NCBI GenBank assembly: GCA_026002915.1
Contig: BPGG01000001.1
Span: forward strand, 474,122 to 538,121
Direction: 5' to 3'
DNA from: Acidimicrobiales bacterium
Lineage (GTDB): Bacteria > Actinomycetota > Acidimicrobiia > Acidimicrobiales > BPGG01
Length of the DNA stretch: 64,000 bases
Every line of letters starts with the position of its first letter. Within the stretch, counting starts at the first letter, position 1. Shown piece by piece: positions 19,456 to 29,425 of this stretch. The position numbers and the translations under genes were made by a program. A model generated the notes under the pieces. It had not been told where the DNA came from, ran no database searches, and saw only the letters and a program-made list of their open reading frames with translations.

Positions 19456-21764
19456 CCGAGCGAAGCTCGATCCTCGCCAGAAGACGGCGAGCCTCGTTCG
19501 CCGTCGCCGCCCTCGCAGCGATCGCCGTGGTTCCGACCCGCCCTGCGCCGACGGGTCTCGGAGCGTTGGACGTCGTCCTGGTCGCCGTCGTCTGCTGGCT
19601 CGTGGTGAGAGCCTCGACGATCGCCCGCCGCTGGACTTGGGTCTGGTGCTGCGGAGTGGCATCGGTGGCGGCCCCGCGCCCTCTCCTGCCGCTCGTCGCA
19701 TTCGGCCTGGCCGTCTCGGTTGCGAGCCTTAGGAAGCCCCTCCGCAACTCCTTCTACGGTGCTGTAGCCACTAGCTGCGCCGTCGTGTCGCTCTCCCGAC
19801 TCGGTGCGGCGGGCCCACATGGGTTCTCCCTAATCCTCGCGGGCGCGGCCTTCGCGCCCGTCGTCGCTTCTGCTCTGGCGCAGCTTTCCGCACGCTCGAG
19901 AGGAAAGTGCATCCGGCTCGCTTCGGTGTTAGCCGGGTACGTCACGGTCTCGTCGGTGCTTTTCGTCTTCGTGGCTCTCGACGCACGAGCAGATCTCTCA
20001 CGTGCGAGCGAGCTGGCACGTCAAGGTCTCACCGAGGCCCGACGCGGAGAGGGAGCAGAGGCGAGAGGGCTGCTGCAAGCCGCACATGTCGCCTTTCGCG
20101 GGGCCCAGCGGACCTTCGCCTCCCCTCTACTCTGGCCGACGAGAGCGGTGCCCGTTCTCGCTCAGCAGGTCGCCGCCGCGGCTTCCGTCGCCGAGACGGG
20201 CGCCGAGCTGGCGGCGACCGGTTCACGGAGCGCGGCGTTGGTGACCTCGGAACGACTCAGACCGCGTTCGGGACGTGTGGATCTCGACGCCGTGCGGGCG
20301 CTGCGGGAGCCTTTGGCGGAGAGCAGGTCCGCTCTCGTCCGCGCCGATCGGCGACTCGCCCGGGTCGACTCCGATTGGCTTCTCCCCCCTCTCGCCGAAT
20401 CGCTGCGGTCCCTACGTGACGACGTGAGGGCGACTATTCCGAAGGTCCGATTCGCAGCGGACGCTGCGCGGATCGCGCCGGAGATGCTCGGTTCGACGCG
20501 GCCGCGTCGATACCTGGTGTTGTTCACCACTCCCGCAGAGAGCCGGATCGGGGGCGGGTTCGTCGGCAGCTACGGGATCCTCGTGGCCGACAAGGGGAAC
20601 CTCGACCTGGTGACCGTCGAACGTATCGCGACGCTGAACACTCACCCGGGGGCGAAAGGACGTCGTCTGAGGGCTCCAGCAGACTTCTTACGAAGGCACG
20701 CCCGTCTGCAGCCCCACAGGTATTTCCAGAACGTCGACACTTCCCCCGACTTCCCCACCGTCGCCCGAGTGGCGGCCGACCTGTACACACAGACCACGGG
20801 CGATCGGGTGGACGGCGTCGTGTCGGTCGACCCCCACGGTCTCTCCGCCCTGTTACGACTGACAGGACCGGTGCAGGTACCCGGACCCGAGGCGCCGCTC
20901 ACCGCCCACAACGTCGCAGATTTCCTGTTGCGCTCGCAGTATGTGCGCTTCCCAGACGAGTCGGAGCGCGAGGAGCTGCTCAGAGCCGCCGCCGAGCAGA
21001 CCTTCGAGGCGCTGACGTCCAGAGTGCTGCCCGGACCCGAGCGCATCGCCCGCGCATTGGGTCCGGCGCTGCGTGATCGTCGGATCCTCTTGTGGTCGAG
21101 CGAGGAAGAGGAGAGACGCCTCTTGGCGGAGGCGGAGGTGGACGGTGCCTTTCCCCCCGACCGACGAAGCCTGATCGTGTCGCTGAGACAGTCGAACACC
21201 AATCCGGCAAAGATCGACGCCTATCTCAGACGCCGCATCCTGGTGTCGGCGGAGACGGGAGAAGGCGGAGACACGCTCGTCCGGGTGACGGCGGAGCTGA
21301 GCAACGAGGTGGATCCGCGAGGTCTTCCCGATTCGGTGGTCGGCAACCGCTTCTTGCGCTCGGGGAGCACCACGCCACCGGCAGGGTCGAACCTGTCCAC
21401 CATCTCCCTGTACACGGGCCTCGACCTGGTCGAGGCCCGCCTGGACGGTCGCCGGACGGCAGTGGAGAGGCAGAGGGAGCTGGGTCTGAACGTGTACTCC
21501 CTTCCTGTCGTCGTCCCGCCGGGAGGGCTCGTGCGACTCGAATTCGAGGGACGGCCGCCCCCACGGGCCGGTCGGCCTCGGGAACTGACGGTCGTGCCGC
21601 CTCCGCTGGCGAACGATGACGTCACCGAGGTCCGAGTGTCCTCCCCGACGGTGAGCGGGCGCGACCCGGAGGGGACGAAAGGGAGCCGGGGATCCGGCCC
21701 GTCGGGGAGCTCGTTGACCGTCGAGGGTTCGGCGCCTGTGACGGTCACCATTGCGGTCCCCTGA
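19452..21764 (+). CDS. DUF4012-like membrane protein (paralog 1)
   Basis: ATG 19452 overlaps the upstream stop (ATGA). N-terminal TM bundle, then the motif RRYLVLFTTPAESRIGGGFVGSYG and SPDFPTVARV, which I associate with DUF4012. The family call is from memory and was not searched. Confidence 0.65.
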   Translation: MTERSSILARRRRASFAVAALAAIAVVPTRPAPTGLGALDVVLVAVVCWLVVRASTIARRWTWVWCCGVASVAAPRPLLPLVAFGLAVSVASLRKPLRNSFYGAVATSCAVVSLSRLGAAGPHGFSLILAGAAFAPVVASALAQLSARSRGKCIRLASVLAGYVTVSSVLFVFVALDARADLSRASELARQGLTEARRGEGAEARGLLQAAHVAFRGAQRTFASPLLWPTRAVPVLAQQVAAAASVAETGAELAATGSRSAALVTSERLRPRSGRVDLDAVRALREPLAESRSALVRADRRLARVDSDWLLPPLAESLRSLRDDVRATIPKVRFAADAARIAPEMLGSTRPRRYLVLFTTPAESRIGGGFVGSYGILVADKGNLDLVTVERIATLNTHPGAKGRRLRAPADFLRRHARLQPHRYFQNVDTSPDFPTVARVAADLYTQTTGDRVDGVVSVDPHGLSALLRLTGPVQVPGPEAPLTAHNVADFLLRSQYVRFPDESEREELLRAAAEQTFEALTSRVLPGPERIARALGPALRDRRILLWSSEEEERRLLAEAEVDGAFPPDRRSLIVSLRQSNTNPAKIDAYLRRRILVSAETGEGGDTLVRVTAELSNEVDPRGLPDSVVGNRFLRSGSTTPPAGSNLSTISLYTGLDLVEARLDGRRTAVERQRELGLNVYSLPVVVPPGGLVRLEFEGRPPPRAGRPRELTVVPPPLANDDVTEVRVSSPTVSGRDPEGTKGSRGSGPSGSSLTVEGSAPVTVTIAVP

Positions 21765-21898
21765 TTCGCGCATTCGTCCCTGCGGCGGACTATTGTCATG
21801 TGGCAGTTGGTTCGCCGGCGCTCGTCTTCGGCAACAGCCTGGGCGGATACGGGTCGGCGGATGAAGTCGACGGCGTTGACATCGACGGGAGAAGAGTC

Positions 21899-22438
21899 GT
21901 GAAGAAGACGGTCGGGATCCTCACTGTGATCGGGGCCATCGTGGCGACGCTGGCGATCGGCGCAGCTCCCGTGGCCGCTCAAGCCGAATGCGACGTGCAA
22001 GCCCTGGACTACGCCCAGAACCCCGTCTTGCGGATCTCCCCCACCGACGTCTCTCCCGGCGACACCGTCACGATCGAAGGTTCGGGTTTCCCGCCCGGCG
22101 TAGTCGTACCCGTGAGGATGAACGACGATGTGATCGGTCGGTTCTCCACAGACGACGCGGGATCCTTCACGACGGAGTTCGTCATCCCGCTCGGTACGCC
22201 GACCGGTCCCGTGACGTTCTCGGCGGACTGCGGTGGTGAGATCCTCGCTTCGACCACCATCCGAGTGGGTGTAGCAATACCGGTGGGAGGTACGCCTCCA
22301 CCCGGCGGCGAGCTCCCCGCCACGGGCTCCGACACCACCGGGGTGCTGACTCGCGTCGGACTGGCGCTAGTGGCGGTCGGAGCGATCATCGCCGCGTTCA
22401 CTAGGCGCCGCCAGCCGGAGCCGCAGAACACGACCTGA
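21899..22438 (+). CDS. small secreted LPXTG (LPATG) cell-wall-anchored protein with an Ig-like domain (paralog 1)
   Basis: GTG start. Signal peptide VKKTVGILTVIGAIVATLAIGAAPVAAQA, domain with SPGDTVTIEGSGFPPG and two Cys. C-terminal LPATGSD, a hydrophobic helix and an RRRQ tail. Confidence 0.75.
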   Translation: MKKTVGILTVIGAIVATLAIGAAPVAAQAECDVQALDYAQNPVLRISPTDVSPGDTVTIEGSGFPPGVVVPVRMNDDVIGRFSTDDAGSFTTEFVIPLGTPTGPVTFSADCGGEILASTTIRVGVAIPVGGTPPPGGELPATGSDTTGVLTRVGLALVAVGAIIAAFTRRRQPEPQNTT

Positions 22439-22463
22439 GCGCTTTCCCGCACGAGCTCCGAAG

Positions 22464-23951
22464 TCAGAGAGACCTTCCTCCTGCGTGCTGGGGCTTTTCG
22501 TCCCGGCCGACGACGACGAGCACGTCGTGTCCACGGGCGGCCAGCTCGCTCGCCGCATGTGGGGCATCCTCCCCGACCAATGCCAGCGGCTCGACACCGA
22601 CAGCGCCGGCACGCAGGTCCTCCGCTCGCACCACCCGTCGCCCAGGCGGCACATCACTTACGACCGGGGGCGAGGGTGCACCCGGGGCCCAGTGGGCCAG
22701 CGACGTGACCCTCCACCCTTCTGCCAGGCATCCCTCTACGAGGTCACCGCCGAGAACCTCGAGTGCCCTTGCCAGGGCTACGGGATCGGCCGCCGTCTCC
22801 ACCGGTCCGTCCGACAGGTCACAAACCTCCTTGGCTCTCGTGGAGAGCTCGTAAGTGCCTATCCGTCGGGCTCTCTCCACTATCTCTTCTTTGGTGAGGC
22901 CCGCGAGTGGTCTCAGCACGAGTGCGTCGTGGCAGGAGTCGACGGCAGCGAGGTTCGCCAGGGTCTGCGACGAGACCTGACCGACCGAGTCTCCCGTCAC
23001 GAGGGCCGGGTACCCGGCCGCTCGGGCGACCCGCCAGGCCGCCTGCAGCATCGCCGCCTTCAGGGTCACCTGCCGGTCCCGGGAATGCACGTTGGTCCTC
23101 AGGTCGCCGGCGACCGCCCTGAAGTCCACCTGCCAGAACAGTGGTCGCGACCCGGCACCCCACCTGTGCCACAGCTCAGAAGCCACCGCCATGGCATGTT
23201 CGGACTGGGCGCACTCGAGCGTGAAATGGACGAAATCGACCCGGCTGCCCTTGCGCATCATCAGCCAGGCGGCGACCGCCGAGTCGATCCCCCCGGAGAG
23301 GAGGCAGAGTAGGCGGGGCTGGGTGCCGGGAGGGAAGCCCGCGGGCCCAGGGAGTCGCCTGCGCAACAGCCAGGCGGCCTCCCCCAGCACGAGCACCCTC
23401 ACCGTGACCTCGGGCGAGGTGAGGTCGACGCCGGCCGAGTATGACAGCAGCGCCGCTCCTATCGACCGCTCTGCGTCGGGAGCACGCCAAGGGTGCCGCC
23501 CTCTCCGCTTCACCCGGACGGCGAAGCGGCGCCCGGCCACCAACTGTCGAGCTTCGGCGGCGCACGCCTCCACCAGGTCGTCGAGCGAATGCGGGCTGGG
23601 CCAGGGGATGCGGACGGCCTCGTCCACCCATTGGACCCCGAATGTGCGCGCGAATCGCTCTGCCACGATGGCGAGGCATCCCTTCGGCCCGCCGACACGC
23701 AATCTCCCGCCCGGACCGCCTGCGAGAGTGACCCGCCCTTCGAGGCCGTCGAGTCGGATACCGTCCTCGAGGGCTTCTCTGAGACGGACGGTCATCCGCC
23801 TCTTGGTCCTCGCCGACTTCAGGTGGATCTCGCTGGAGGGCGTGACCAGCAGATCGCAGGCGTCTTCGAGATCGCCGTGGTTCCGGTCGCCTGGACGCGA
23901 GTTTGCAAACTGGCACACCGTCATGGACCATACCGTGAACCGCCGACACAC
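22464..23951 (-). CDS. thiI: tRNA 4-thiouridine synthase / thiamine biosynthesis protein ThiI
   Basis: THUMP-like N-terminal region and the PP-loop LLSGGIDSAVAAWLMMRKG. Exact start uncertain (Met at 23951 or 23924). Confidence 0.75.
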   Translation of the reverse strand: MCRRFTVWSMTVCQFANSRPGDRNHGDLEDACDLLVTPSSEIHLKSARTKRRMTVRLREALEDGIRLDGLEGRVTLAGGPGGRLRVGGPKGCLAIVAERFARTFGVQWVDEAVRIPWPSPHSLDDLVEACAAEARQLVAGRRFAVRVKRRGRHPWRAPDAERSIGAALLSYSAGVDLTSPEVTVRVLVLGEAAWLLRRRLPGPAGFPPGTQPRLLCLLSGGIDSAVAAWLMMRKGSRVDFVHFTLECAQSEHAMAVASELWHRWGAGSRPLFWQVDFRAVAGDLRTNVHSRDRQVTLKAAMLQAAWRVARAAGYPALVTGDSVGQVSSQTLANLAAVDSCHDALVLRPLAGLTKEEIVERARRIGTYELSTRAKEVCDLSDGPVETAADPVALARALEVLGGDLVEGCLAEGWRVTSLAHWAPGAPSPPVVSDVPPGRRVVRAEDLRAGAVGVEPLALVGEDAPHAASELAARGHDVLVVVGRDEKPQHAGGRSL

Positions 23952-23962
23952 TAGGAGGCGCC

Positions 23963-24730
23963 GTGCAGACTGCGCAGGAGGCTCCCGTCACCGAAAGCTC
24001 GATCGCCGTGGAGATCGTCGACGGGGTGCGCATATACGGTCGGGGTCCGTCCGAGGTGAGGGCGTTGGACGGGGTGAGCGCGCGCTTCGAGGCGGGGCGC
24101 TTCACGGCGATCATGGGACCGTCCGGTTCGGGTAAGTCGACCCTCATGCACTGCCTGGCGGGTCTAGACCGCCTCACTTCCGGAGTGGTTCGTCTGGACG
24201 GCGTCGACCTTTCGACCTTGTCCGACAGAAAGCTGACTCTCCTCAGACGTCGTCGTGTCGGCTTCGTGTTCCAGGCGTTCAACCTGGTGAGCACGTTGAC
24301 GGCCGAGGAGAACATCCGACTTCCCCTGGATCTCGAGGGCCGCAAACCGGACGAGGCGTGGCTCCGAGAGTTGGTCGACGCCCTCGGGCTCGGAGAGAGG
24401 CTGTCCCACCGACCCGACGAGCTCTCGGGAGGTCAGCAGCAGCGGGTCGCCATCGCCCGCGCGCTGCTGAGCAGGCCGCGTGTGGTATTCGCCGACGAGC
24501 CGACGGGGAATCTGGACACCCGAGCAGGCGCGGAGATACTCCAGATCCTGAGAGAAGCAGTCGACCGCTGGGGCCAGACCGTGCTCATGGTGACACACGA
24601 CCCGGTCGCCGCGTCGCACGCCGACCGGGTGATCTTCCTGAGGGACGGGAAGTTGGTGGACGAGCTGGTGAGGCCGGACGCGGCTTCGATCCTGGACCGG
24701 ATGAAGCGGCTGGACGGTCGAGAGGCCTGA
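23963..24730 (+). CDS. ABC transporter ATP-binding protein (MacB/FtsE-LolD type)
   Basis: Walker A GPSGSGKST, signature LSGGQQQR, Walker B VVFADEPTG, H-loop VTHD. Confidence 0.9.
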   Translation: MQTAQEAPVTESSIAVEIVDGVRIYGRGPSEVRALDGVSARFEAGRFTAIMGPSGSGKSTLMHCLAGLDRLTSGVVRLDGVDLSTLSDRKLTLLRRRRVGFVFQAFNLVSTLTAEENIRLPLDLEGRKPDEAWLRELVDALGLGERLSHRPDELSGGQQQRVAIARALLSRPRVVFADEPTGNLDTRAGAEILQILREAVDRWGQTVLMVTHDPVAASHADRVIFLRDGKLVDELVRPDAASILDRMKRLDGREA

Positions 24731-24731
24731 G

Positions 24732-27257
24732 GTGCTGCTCCTCCTCCGTCGCAGCATCCGGGCGCACCTGCTCAGGTTCGTGCTCACCTGTGGGGCCGTG
24801 ACGATCGGCGTGGGCTTCGTCGTCACGGCGTTCGTGGTGACGGACGGGGTTCGTGCACGCTTCGACCGTCTGTTCGAAGAGGTGAACGCCGGGGTCGACA
24901 TCTCCATAGGGGCGGGTCGTGCGGGGCAGGACGAGGATTTCGCTCCACTGCCGCCGTCGGTTCTCGAGAAGGTGCGAGCGCATCCCGACGTGCTCGCGGC
25001 GTCGGGCTCCGTGGGGGGCGTCCCGGTGTTCGTCACCGACTCAGAGGGCAGGCTGGTGCGCCCACAAGGGGGCCCTCCTCTAGGAGTCTCCTGGACCGCG
25101 GAGCCGGAGCTGAGGCAGCTCCGGATAGCGGAGGGACGGGAGCCGAGACGCCGCGACGAGGTGCTCCTCGACGTCGCCACGGCGGGTAGGGCCCGCGTTT
25201 CAGTCGGCGAGCGTCTCCGGGTCCAGACCCCGCTCGGTCCACGCACCTACAGGCTGGTGGGGACGGTTCGCTTCGGCGGGGCGGACAGCCTCGCCGGCGC
25301 GACCCTCACCGTCTTCGTCACCCGCGAGGCGCAGGAGATCTTCGGATACCGGGGGGGATTCGCCAACGTGGAGGCGAAGTTGCGTCCCGGTGCCGATCCC
25401 TCGGAGGTCGCAAGGAAGCTGGCCCGGATCCTCGGCCCCGACGTCGAGGTGAAGACGCGCGAGGAGGTGGTCGCCGAGAGCCAGGAGGATTTCGGAGAGA
25501 TAGTGCGGATCTTCGGCCAGGTCCTGCTGGGGTTCGCGCTGGTGACTCTGTTCGTCTCCACCTTCCTGATCTCCAACACCTTCCGCATGATCGTGGGTCA
25601 GAGGATCCGCGAGCTGGGACTGCTTCGCGCCCTCGGCGCCACTTCCGGTCAGCTGGGGAGGCTCGTGCTCGGCGAGGCAGTGGTCGTCGTGTGCGTAGGT
25701 GTCGTGCTGGGGGTCGTGGCAGGTGTCGGGGTCTCCCGCGGGATCATCGAACTGCTCGTCGAGGCGGACTTCTTCCCGCCGGGCACCCCGCTCGTGCTCA
25801 GGCCACGCACCTTCCTCGCCGCGGCGCTCCTCGGGGCCGGCGTGACGATCCCGTTCGCGCTGGCACCTGCCGCCAGGGCCGGCCGGCTCAGCCCGATCGA
25901 GGCCTTGAGGGAGAGGACGGCCCGAGAGCGCAGAGTGCCCAGCACTCGTGCGGTGGTCGGGGCGGTGGCGTTGACATCCGGCCTCGCCCTCGGCGCCGTG
26001 GGCCTGTCGGGGATGGTCGAAGGTGGTCTCCTCGTCGCATCGCTCGCGGGCGGAGCGTTCGCGATCTTCATGGGCGTCACGGCCCTTGCCGTGTTCTTAG
26101 CGCCCGCGGTCGCCGGGTTCGTGGGTAGACCGCTGTCGCTTCTCTGGCGCGCGGCCGGACGACTGGCGACCCGGAACGCGGCGACCAACCCCCGACGGAC
26201 CACCAGCACTGCCGCGGCCCTGATGATCGGGATCTCGCTGGTTAGCTGCGGCCTGGTGGTCGGGGAATCTCTGAAGCGGACCTTCCTAGACCGTCTGTCG
26301 ACGGGGACCCGCGGCGACTGGTTCGTGACCACGGACGGGTTCTTCGGCTTCGGGCGTGCAGTCGCCGACAGGGTGGCAGAAACCGACGTGCTCGCCGCGT
26401 CCACCCCGATATTCACCGGACGGCTGCGGGTGGCGGGGGACACTACACAGGTGACCGCGCTCGAATTCGACTCCGTCGACGATCTCTTCGACCTCGGTGT
26501 GGTCGACGGTTCCTTCTCCGGGCGAGGCGAGATCGCCGTGCAGGCAGAGGTGGCGGAGGACGCAGGTCTCCGAGTCGGCGACACGACCACCCTCCGGGTC
26601 TCCGGGGGAGGCGAGCGACGTGTGCGCGTGGTCGCGCTGTACACGAACGACACTCTCGTCGGCGACTGGATCGTGGACGAGGACACCTTCGTGAAGGCGG
26701 TGGCGAGTCCGACGGTGCAGGTCGTCGTCGCACGGGCCAGGGACGGTGTATCCGACGAGACGGTGAGAGAGGAGCTCCGGCGGGCCCTGAGCGACTTTCC
26801 CGAGGTGAGGGTCCAGGATCGCGAGGCCTTCGAGGAGTCGCAGGCCGGTCAGGTGGACCAGCTGCTGGCAGTGGTGAACGTGCTCCTCGGGCTATCGGTG
26901 GTGGTCGCGGTGATCGGGATCATGAACTCGATGGCGCTCGCCGCCCTCGAGCGGACACGTGAGCTCGGGCTGCTGCGCGCCGTCGGTGCCACGCGCACCC
27001 AGGTGAGGAGGATGATCAGGCTCGAGGCGGTGATAGTGGGGCTCTTCGGGGCGCTGCTGGGGCTTTCGCTCGGGATCCCGTTCGGCGCGGCCGTATCACT
27101 GTCGTTGCCCGAGGAGGTGGCGCACGTGGTGGTCGTCCCGTGGTCCGCAGCGGCGCAGATCGTGCTCGCATCGGGTGTCGCGGGACTCTTGGCCTCCGTC
27201 TGGCCTGCCTGGCGTGCGGGAAGGTTGGACGTGTTGCGGGCGGTGACGGTCGAGTGA
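24732..27257 (+). CDS. ABC transporter permease with two FtsX-like domains
   Basis: 841 aa. Starts 1 nt after the ATPase stop. Two repeats of a TM helix plus large extracytoplasmic domain plus a three-TM FtsX module (RELGLLRALGAT.. and RELGLLRAVGAT..). Confidence 0.85.
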   Translation: MLLLLRRSIRAHLLRFVLTCGAVTIGVGFVVTAFVVTDGVRARFDRLFEEVNAGVDISIGAGRAGQDEDFAPLPPSVLEKVRAHPDVLAASGSVGGVPVFVTDSEGRLVRPQGGPPLGVSWTAEPELRQLRIAEGREPRRRDEVLLDVATAGRARVSVGERLRVQTPLGPRTYRLVGTVRFGGADSLAGATLTVFVTREAQEIFGYRGGFANVEAKLRPGADPSEVARKLARILGPDVEVKTREEVVAESQEDFGEIVRIFGQVLLGFALVTLFVSTFLISNTFRMIVGQRIRELGLLRALGATSGQLGRLVLGEAVVVVCVGVVLGVVAGVGVSRGIIELLVEADFFPPGTPLVLRPRTFLAAALLGAGVTIPFALAPAARAGRLSPIEALRERTARERRVPSTRAVVGAVALTSGLALGAVGLSGMVEGGLLVASLAGGAFAIFMGVTALAVFLAPAVAGFVGRPLSLLWRAAGRLATRNAATNPRRTTSTAAALMIGISLVSCGLVVGESLKRTFLDRLSTGTRGDWFVTTDGFFGFGRAVADRVAETDVLAASTPIFTGRLRVAGDTTQVTALEFDSVDDLFDLGVVDGSFSGRGEIAVQAEVAEDAGLRVGDTTTLRVSGGGERRVRVVALYTNDTLVGDWIVDEDTFVKAVASPTVQVVVARARDGVSDETVREELRRALSDFPEVRVQDREAFEESQAGQVDQLLAVVNVLLGLSVVVAVIGIMNSMALAALERTRELGLLRAVGATRTQVRRMIRLEAVIVGLFGALLGLSLGIPFGAAVSLSLPEEVAHVVVVPWSAAAQIVLASGVAGLLASVWPAWRAGRLDVLRAVTVE

Positions 27258-27309
27258 CGCTCCCCGACCGACCCGTGTGGACGGGCATAACGGCGCGTGC
27301 CGAGAGAGC

Positions 27310-29409
27310 TCAACCAGCGGGGGCCGCCACGTAGCCGGCCAGGCCCGAGTCCGCGCTCTCGTCGAATCCCGGATCCACGAACGGGTCGGACATCAGGGCG
27401 CGCGACCTGGCGTCCGGCACGGGCTCGACGAAGAGCCCCAGGCGAAACGCCCACAGTCGGGCTCCCTCGGGCAAGGAGTCCCAGTCCGGGTTCGTCACAC
27501 CGGCGGGACCGATGCGTCCCTCTCGGACTTGGCGTAGCAACCATTCGAAGCTCTTCCTCGCAACCGGTGGGGCGGACTCCAAGTTCAGGGCAGAGGCGAT
27601 CGACTCCGAAGGCGCTCCTGAAGCGAGCCATTCGACCATTCGATGAAGGTCTTTCGACATCACCACCGTCGAGGACTCCAACTGCTCGCCGAGGGCTCGC
27701 TCCACGGCCGGAGGGCTGACGAGGTGGAATGGCACGAACGCCACTCTCTGCCACCGCGCCCCCTCGGGCGGCACGACACCTGCGTCAACGGCCGCGTCCG
27801 TGCCTCCTGTTATCAGCAACGTCGCCAGATCCGACGGCTCGCCGTCGGTGCGCCTGCGACCCCACGAGTACGGTGAAGACGGGTCGACCTTCACCTGCAC
27901 GCCCTCTGCCTCCAGCGCCTCCACCATCGTCGCCTCGTGGCCGTCGGCGGCACCTGCGACGGCGAGCCGCCAGGGACCGGGGCCGGCTATCCCGGCAGCC
28001 GTAGCTCGGGCGAGCTCTGCGAGCACGCGGTACGCCACACCATCTCGGTCGTCGCCGACCGGCGGCTGGGCGAATCCGACGAGGGTCAGGCCGACCGAGA
28101 GCGCGGAGCCCACGAGCGTGACCCTCCAGGGTGTCGCCGCCGTCAGCCGGCGCGCGGAGACCCGCCACATCGACCATCCGAGCGTCAGGTAGACGATCGC
28201 TCCCACCGGCCACACCCAGCGGTAGAGGTGGATCTCCGTCCCGATGAGGTGTCCGGGAGCCAAAGAGAAGGTGATCAGCGAACCCGCCAAGAGGGCCGAG
28301 GCGAGGCGAACCCCCGCGCCGGTCGAGGCCATCTGCATCCTCCAGCACGCCACGACCGAGAACACCAGCGTCGCTGCGAGGACCACGAATGTGGAAAAGT
28401 CGGCTCCGTCCGCTCCGCCCACCACCCGGAACACGTCGTCTGTTCGGACGGTCCAAGCCGGCGGCCACCCGAACACCGTGACCGTCCGCTCGACCGCTGC
28501 GGCGAGACCTGCTCTCGGGACGTCCCCGTCGGTCACGAAGTCGACAAAGCGGGCGATGTTCCCCCCTCCGGAGAGCTGCTCGGCGACGGGTCCGGACCAC
28601 ATGAAGAAACCGATGGCGAGCGTCACCAGTAGAAGGCGGTCGCGAAGGATCCCGCCTCGGGTTCCTGTGGCTCGGGGACCGTAGGGGTGGGGCGAACGCG
28701 ACAGCCACAGGCTCCACAGGCTCCCTCCGCAGATCCACAGGACGACGGAGGAGACCAGGAACACGTAGGGCCAGTAGGCCTGTGCGGCGAAGCTGCCGGC
28801 GGCCACGAGGAACGGGAGCGCCACCCGCTCCCCCACCCTCAGCGACCACGCCGCGACACAGAACAGGACGAATGGCATGATCGCCAGGTGCGGACCCCAA
28901 GGGTCGCGCAACGCCTCCCCTCTGAGCGACCACTGCATCAGCGCCACGGCGACCGACGACCACACGGCTAGCGGCACACCTCCGATCCGGCGTGCCAGCC
29001 ACACGGTGGACAGGAAGCAAGCGACGTTCACCGCGCCCGCCGTCACCACCAGCGCGGCGGGGGACCGCCCGGTGAGGACGTACAGCGGGCCGAAGACCCA
29101 CACGGGCACGGGCCCGAGGTTCCGCACCACGTGCCCTTCGCTGAGCTCGGTGGGGGCCAGATCGGTACCCACGAGCGGCGGGAGGCCGGTGAGGGTGTCC
29201 CACGCCCTGGCCGCCAGCGCCGCGACGTCTCTCGTGGGGATCCACCCCCCGGAGGCGGCCACGGCGACGGAGACGAACACCGGCACCACTCCCGCGGCCA
29301 GCGCAGGAGCGATCAGCCAAAGAGACGCGCGGGAGTCGGTCTTGAGACGAGACCAGATGGCCGACCGAGACGTCCCTCCCGGCGACTCCAGACCCGCCGA
29401 CTCTCGCAT
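27310..29409 (-). CDS. large polytopic membrane protein with soluble C-terminal domain, function unknown (possibly GT-C-like)
   Basis: About 700 aa from Met 29409, which is 17 nt after the lhr stop. At least 10 predicted TM segments are followed by roughly 230 hydrophilic residues. No motif recognised; the GT-C suggestion rests on topology only. Confidence 0.5.
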   Translation of the reverse strand: MRESAGLESPGGTSRSAIWSRLKTDSRASLWLIAPALAAGVVPVFVSVAVAASGGWIPTRDVAALAARAWDTLTGLPPLVGTDLAPTELSEGHVVRNLGPVPVWVFGPLYVLTGRSPAALVVTAGAVNVACFLSTVWLARRIGGVPLAVWSSVAVALMQWSLRGEALRDPWGPHLAIMPFVLFCVAAWSLRVGERVALPFLVAAGSFAAQAYWPYVFLVSSVVLWICGGSLWSLWLSRSPHPYGPRATGTRGGILRDRLLLVTLAIGFFMWSGPVAEQLSGGGNIARFVDFVTDGDVPRAGLAAAVERTVTVFGWPPAWTVRTDDVFRVVGGADGADFSTFVVLAATLVFSVVACWRMQMASTGAGVRLASALLAGSLITFSLAPGHLIGTEIHLYRWVWPVGAIVYLTLGWSMWRVSARRLTAATPWRVTLVGSALSVGLTLVGFAQPPVGDDRDGVAYRVLAELARATAAGIAGPGPWRLAVAGAADGHEATMVEALEAEGVQVKVDPSSPYSWGRRRTDGEPSDLATLLITGGTDAAVDAGVVPPEGARWQRVAFVPFHLVSPPAVERALGEQLESSTVVMSKDLHRMVEWLASGAPSESIASALNLESAPPVARKSFEWLLRQVREGRIGPAGVTNPDWDSLPEGARLWAFRLGLFVEPVPDARSRALMSDPFVDPGFDESADSGLAGYVAAPAG

Positions 29410-29425
29410 CAAGCCGGTCCTCTCA

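Noticed and set aside
22464-22700. C-terminal roughly 75 residues of ThiI as a rhodanese domain lacking the active-site Cys
   Set aside because: The resemblance (…DVLVVVGRDEK…) is too weak to call by eye. It needs a profile search, so no claim is made.
23176-24345. 389-aa minus-strand ORF spanning the thiI 5' end and the ABC ATPase gene
   Set aside because: It crosses a divergent promoter region and is antisense to a canonical ABC ATPase. Arg-rich shadow ORF.
27785-29320. 511-aa alternative-frame minus-strand ORF inside the large membrane protein gene
   Set aside because: The Arg/Gly/Pro-rich translation lacks TM segments. The chosen frame gives a coherent polytopic protein and fits the spacing after lhr.
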